64,000 bases of DNA from Macrostomum lignano (Eukaryota): positions 186,001-250,000 of the forward strand of contig NIVC01000800.1 of assembly GCA_002269645.1 (NCBI GenBank). Direction: 5' to 3'. The position numbers and the translations under genes are program-made. Positions within the stretch are counted from its first letter, which is position 1. The number at the start of each line of letters is the position of its first letter. Below the pieces are notes generated by a model. That model did no database searches. It was not told the origin of the DNA and saw only the letters and a program-made list of their open reading frames with translations. Of this stretch, positions 63,001 to 64,000 are shown in pieces.

Positions 63001-63303
63001 TGACCTACTGACTCACTCGCATTCAATAACTGACCCATTCGCTTCTTCAATTTGCCGCTGCAGGCGCCGGCGACGCCCCAGCACCAGCAGCAGCCGCAGG
63101 CACCGCAGAACCGCAGCAGCCTGCGGGTGTGCGGCTGGGCGCGGGTTCTCTACAACTACGACTCTCGGCAGCCGGACGAGCTGACGGTGCGCGAAGGCGA
63201 CGTGCTCAGCGTGCTGGAGAAGAGCGCCGACGGCTGGTGGCTGGGCGAGGACTCAACGGGCAGGCGGGGCATCTTCCCGGGCTCCTACGTGGAGGAGTTC
63301 TGA
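54097..63303 (+). CDS. NOSTRIN: NOSTRIN-like F-BAR / HR1 / SH3 adaptor protein, about 623 aa, 9 exons
   Basis: Exons 54097-54249, 56654-56820, 56917-57061, 57798-57995, 58997-59113, 60568-60777, 61548-61895, 62303-62596 and 63064-63303, all phase-consistent. F-BAR (NGFEELKRYIKQGNDLCKDLAAVLNERCELEQNYARSLSK), RLEWE, ESYAEDLNNPMDKGRR, HR1 (KEGVEKLLGVY...FLEANQYKL) and a C-terminal SH3 (ARVLYNYDSRQPDELTVREGD...GWW...GIFPGSYVEEF). Exon 1 start is the least certain (alternative ATG at 54199). Confidence 0.88.
54410..54790. repeat. 21-bp minisatellite (actgacacaaattcagacact), NOSTRIN intron 1
   Basis: Direct reading; about 18 copies. Confidence 0.95.
55470..56640. repeat. 195-bp higher-order satellite built of CCGATATGTATCGA-containing subunits, NOSTRIN intron 1
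   Basis: Units start at 55781, 55976, 56171 and 56366 (period 195); the array runs up to the exon 2 acceptor. Confidence 0.95.
57085..57748. repeat. 22-bp minisatellite (gtgaatggatttgtggttttgt), NOSTRIN intron 3
   Basis: About 30 copies. Confidence 0.96.
57998..58152. repeat. 29-bp repeat (gataattttccctgctcagcctgtttggg), NOSTRIN intron 4
   Basis: About 5 copies, starting at the donor site. Confidence 0.9.
58417..58865. repeat. 31-bp minisatellite (aatgtacatcattcacacccagtcccactcc), NOSTRIN intron 4
   Basis: About 14 near-perfect copies. Confidence 0.97.
59114..59670. repeat. 42-bp minisatellite (gccgttgtcaatgtaaacattcactgttgctaaggctagtga), NOSTRIN intron 5
   Basis: Period 59351 to 59393. 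Confidence 0.93.
60010..60510. repeat. Degenerate gatagttaattatcgataatcgttaa repeat, NOSTRIN intron 5
   Basis: Direct reading; diverged copies. Confidence 0.8.
60795..61532. repeat. 23-bp minisatellite (gagaatccagttgatgtacatta / gagaatccagtcaatgtacatag), NOSTRIN intron 6
   Basis: About 32 copies of alternating variants. Confidence 0.96.
61985..62225. repeat. 42-bp (2x21) repeat (gctaaattggttgctatgggcgctaacttggttactagggtc), NOSTRIN intron 7
   Basis: Period 61998 to 62040. Confidence 0.85.
62605..62990. repeat. (CACT)n / cactgacc short-unit repeat, NOSTRIN intron 8
   Basis: Direct reading. Confidence 0.95.
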
Positions 63304-63437
63304 GCTCTGAGTTCTGAGTCGAAGGCTTTCAATCCGAGTTTCTCAATGCTTTCAGTTTGTCTTTTATTCCTTTAGCGACTACATTTGGTTGAGATTGGGA
63401 AATGCATCTCGGAGTCATGAAGCACAAATGTCTCTTT

Positions 63438-63740
63438 TGCCGATATGTATCGAAAGTAATAGAATGACAATATATAAGTGAGTCATATGCGAGTGTGTGT
63501 TTTATACAGTGCCGATATGTATCGAAAGTAGTTTTTAAATAAACGAAAAACTTACTAAAAGCATGATTATTATTATTAATCTGGGTGTTGCCGATATGTA
63601 TCGATAGCAAAGTAATGACCAGTTCTAAGTTCACTTATTGCACGTGTTTTTACATTGCCGATATGTATCGATAGTAATTTTAAAATCCACCATTTAAAAA
63701 CTAGTAAATTGCTTGGAATTTTCACATTGCCAATATGTAT
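63438..63740. repeat. Dispersed GCCGATATGTATCGA motif copies in the NOSTRIN 3' region
   Basis: At least 5 copies of the same core as the 195-bp satellite. Confidence 0.75.
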
Positions 63741-64000
63741 CTCCAATTCTAATCACGGAGTGAACTGTGAAAGCTGAACTCTTTCACTCACGCTTGGCTG
63801 GCTCCTCAACTCACCAATCCGATTGTTTTTAAAGCTTGAATTGCCTTTATTTTGTTTGCATAGTTAGTTATTCTTTCTACTCCAGTTTTGTTCTACTGTT
63901 AGTAGGCTGATTTAGATAGTGTGCACATTTGCGCATTTTTATGCTAAATTTGCTATTTATTAAGAAATTATTTGCTGTGTAATTTTTTGTTCACCTTCCT

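Overview
Eukaryotic (metazoan) genomic DNA with GC-rich exons, AT-rich intergenic DNA and minisatellite-filled introns. This style suggests a free-living flatworm such as Macrostomum, but that is inference only. I reconstructed four intron-containing host genes by hand from splice sites, reading phase and homology recalled from memory: a CACHD1-like VWA/Cache membrane protein (- strand, 1311-13499, 13 exons), a DEK-like chromatin protein (+, 32744-35577, 4 exons), a RING-less TRIM71/lin-41-like NHL protein (+, 37070-43197, 6 exons) and a NOSTRIN-like F-BAR/HR1/SH3 protein (+, 54097-63303, 9 exons). The intergenic DNA holds a young, full-length P-superfamily transposon (26092-29577; 116-bp TIRs, 8-bp TSD, 4-exon THAP transposase with one early stop). 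It also holds several MITEs with clear TSDs, a tRNA-derived SINE, a foldback-type inverted repeat, a decayed Ulp1-protease/PHD module and a Gypsy gag relic. Main observations: (i) almost every host intron longer than about 150 bp carries its own minisatellite or low-complexity tract, while introns of about 100 bp or less carry none; (ii) the transposase has three introns, and retention of the last would truncate it, as in Drosophila P; (iii) a let-7 8mer and several lin-4/miR-125 seed sites lie downstream of the lin-41 homolog; (iv) CACHD1 has a GC-AG intron; (v) three single-base frame breaks are probably assembly errors. Most ORFs in the supplied track are artefacts of tandem repeats or antisense frames. 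No rRNA, true tRNA gene or CRISPR array was found.
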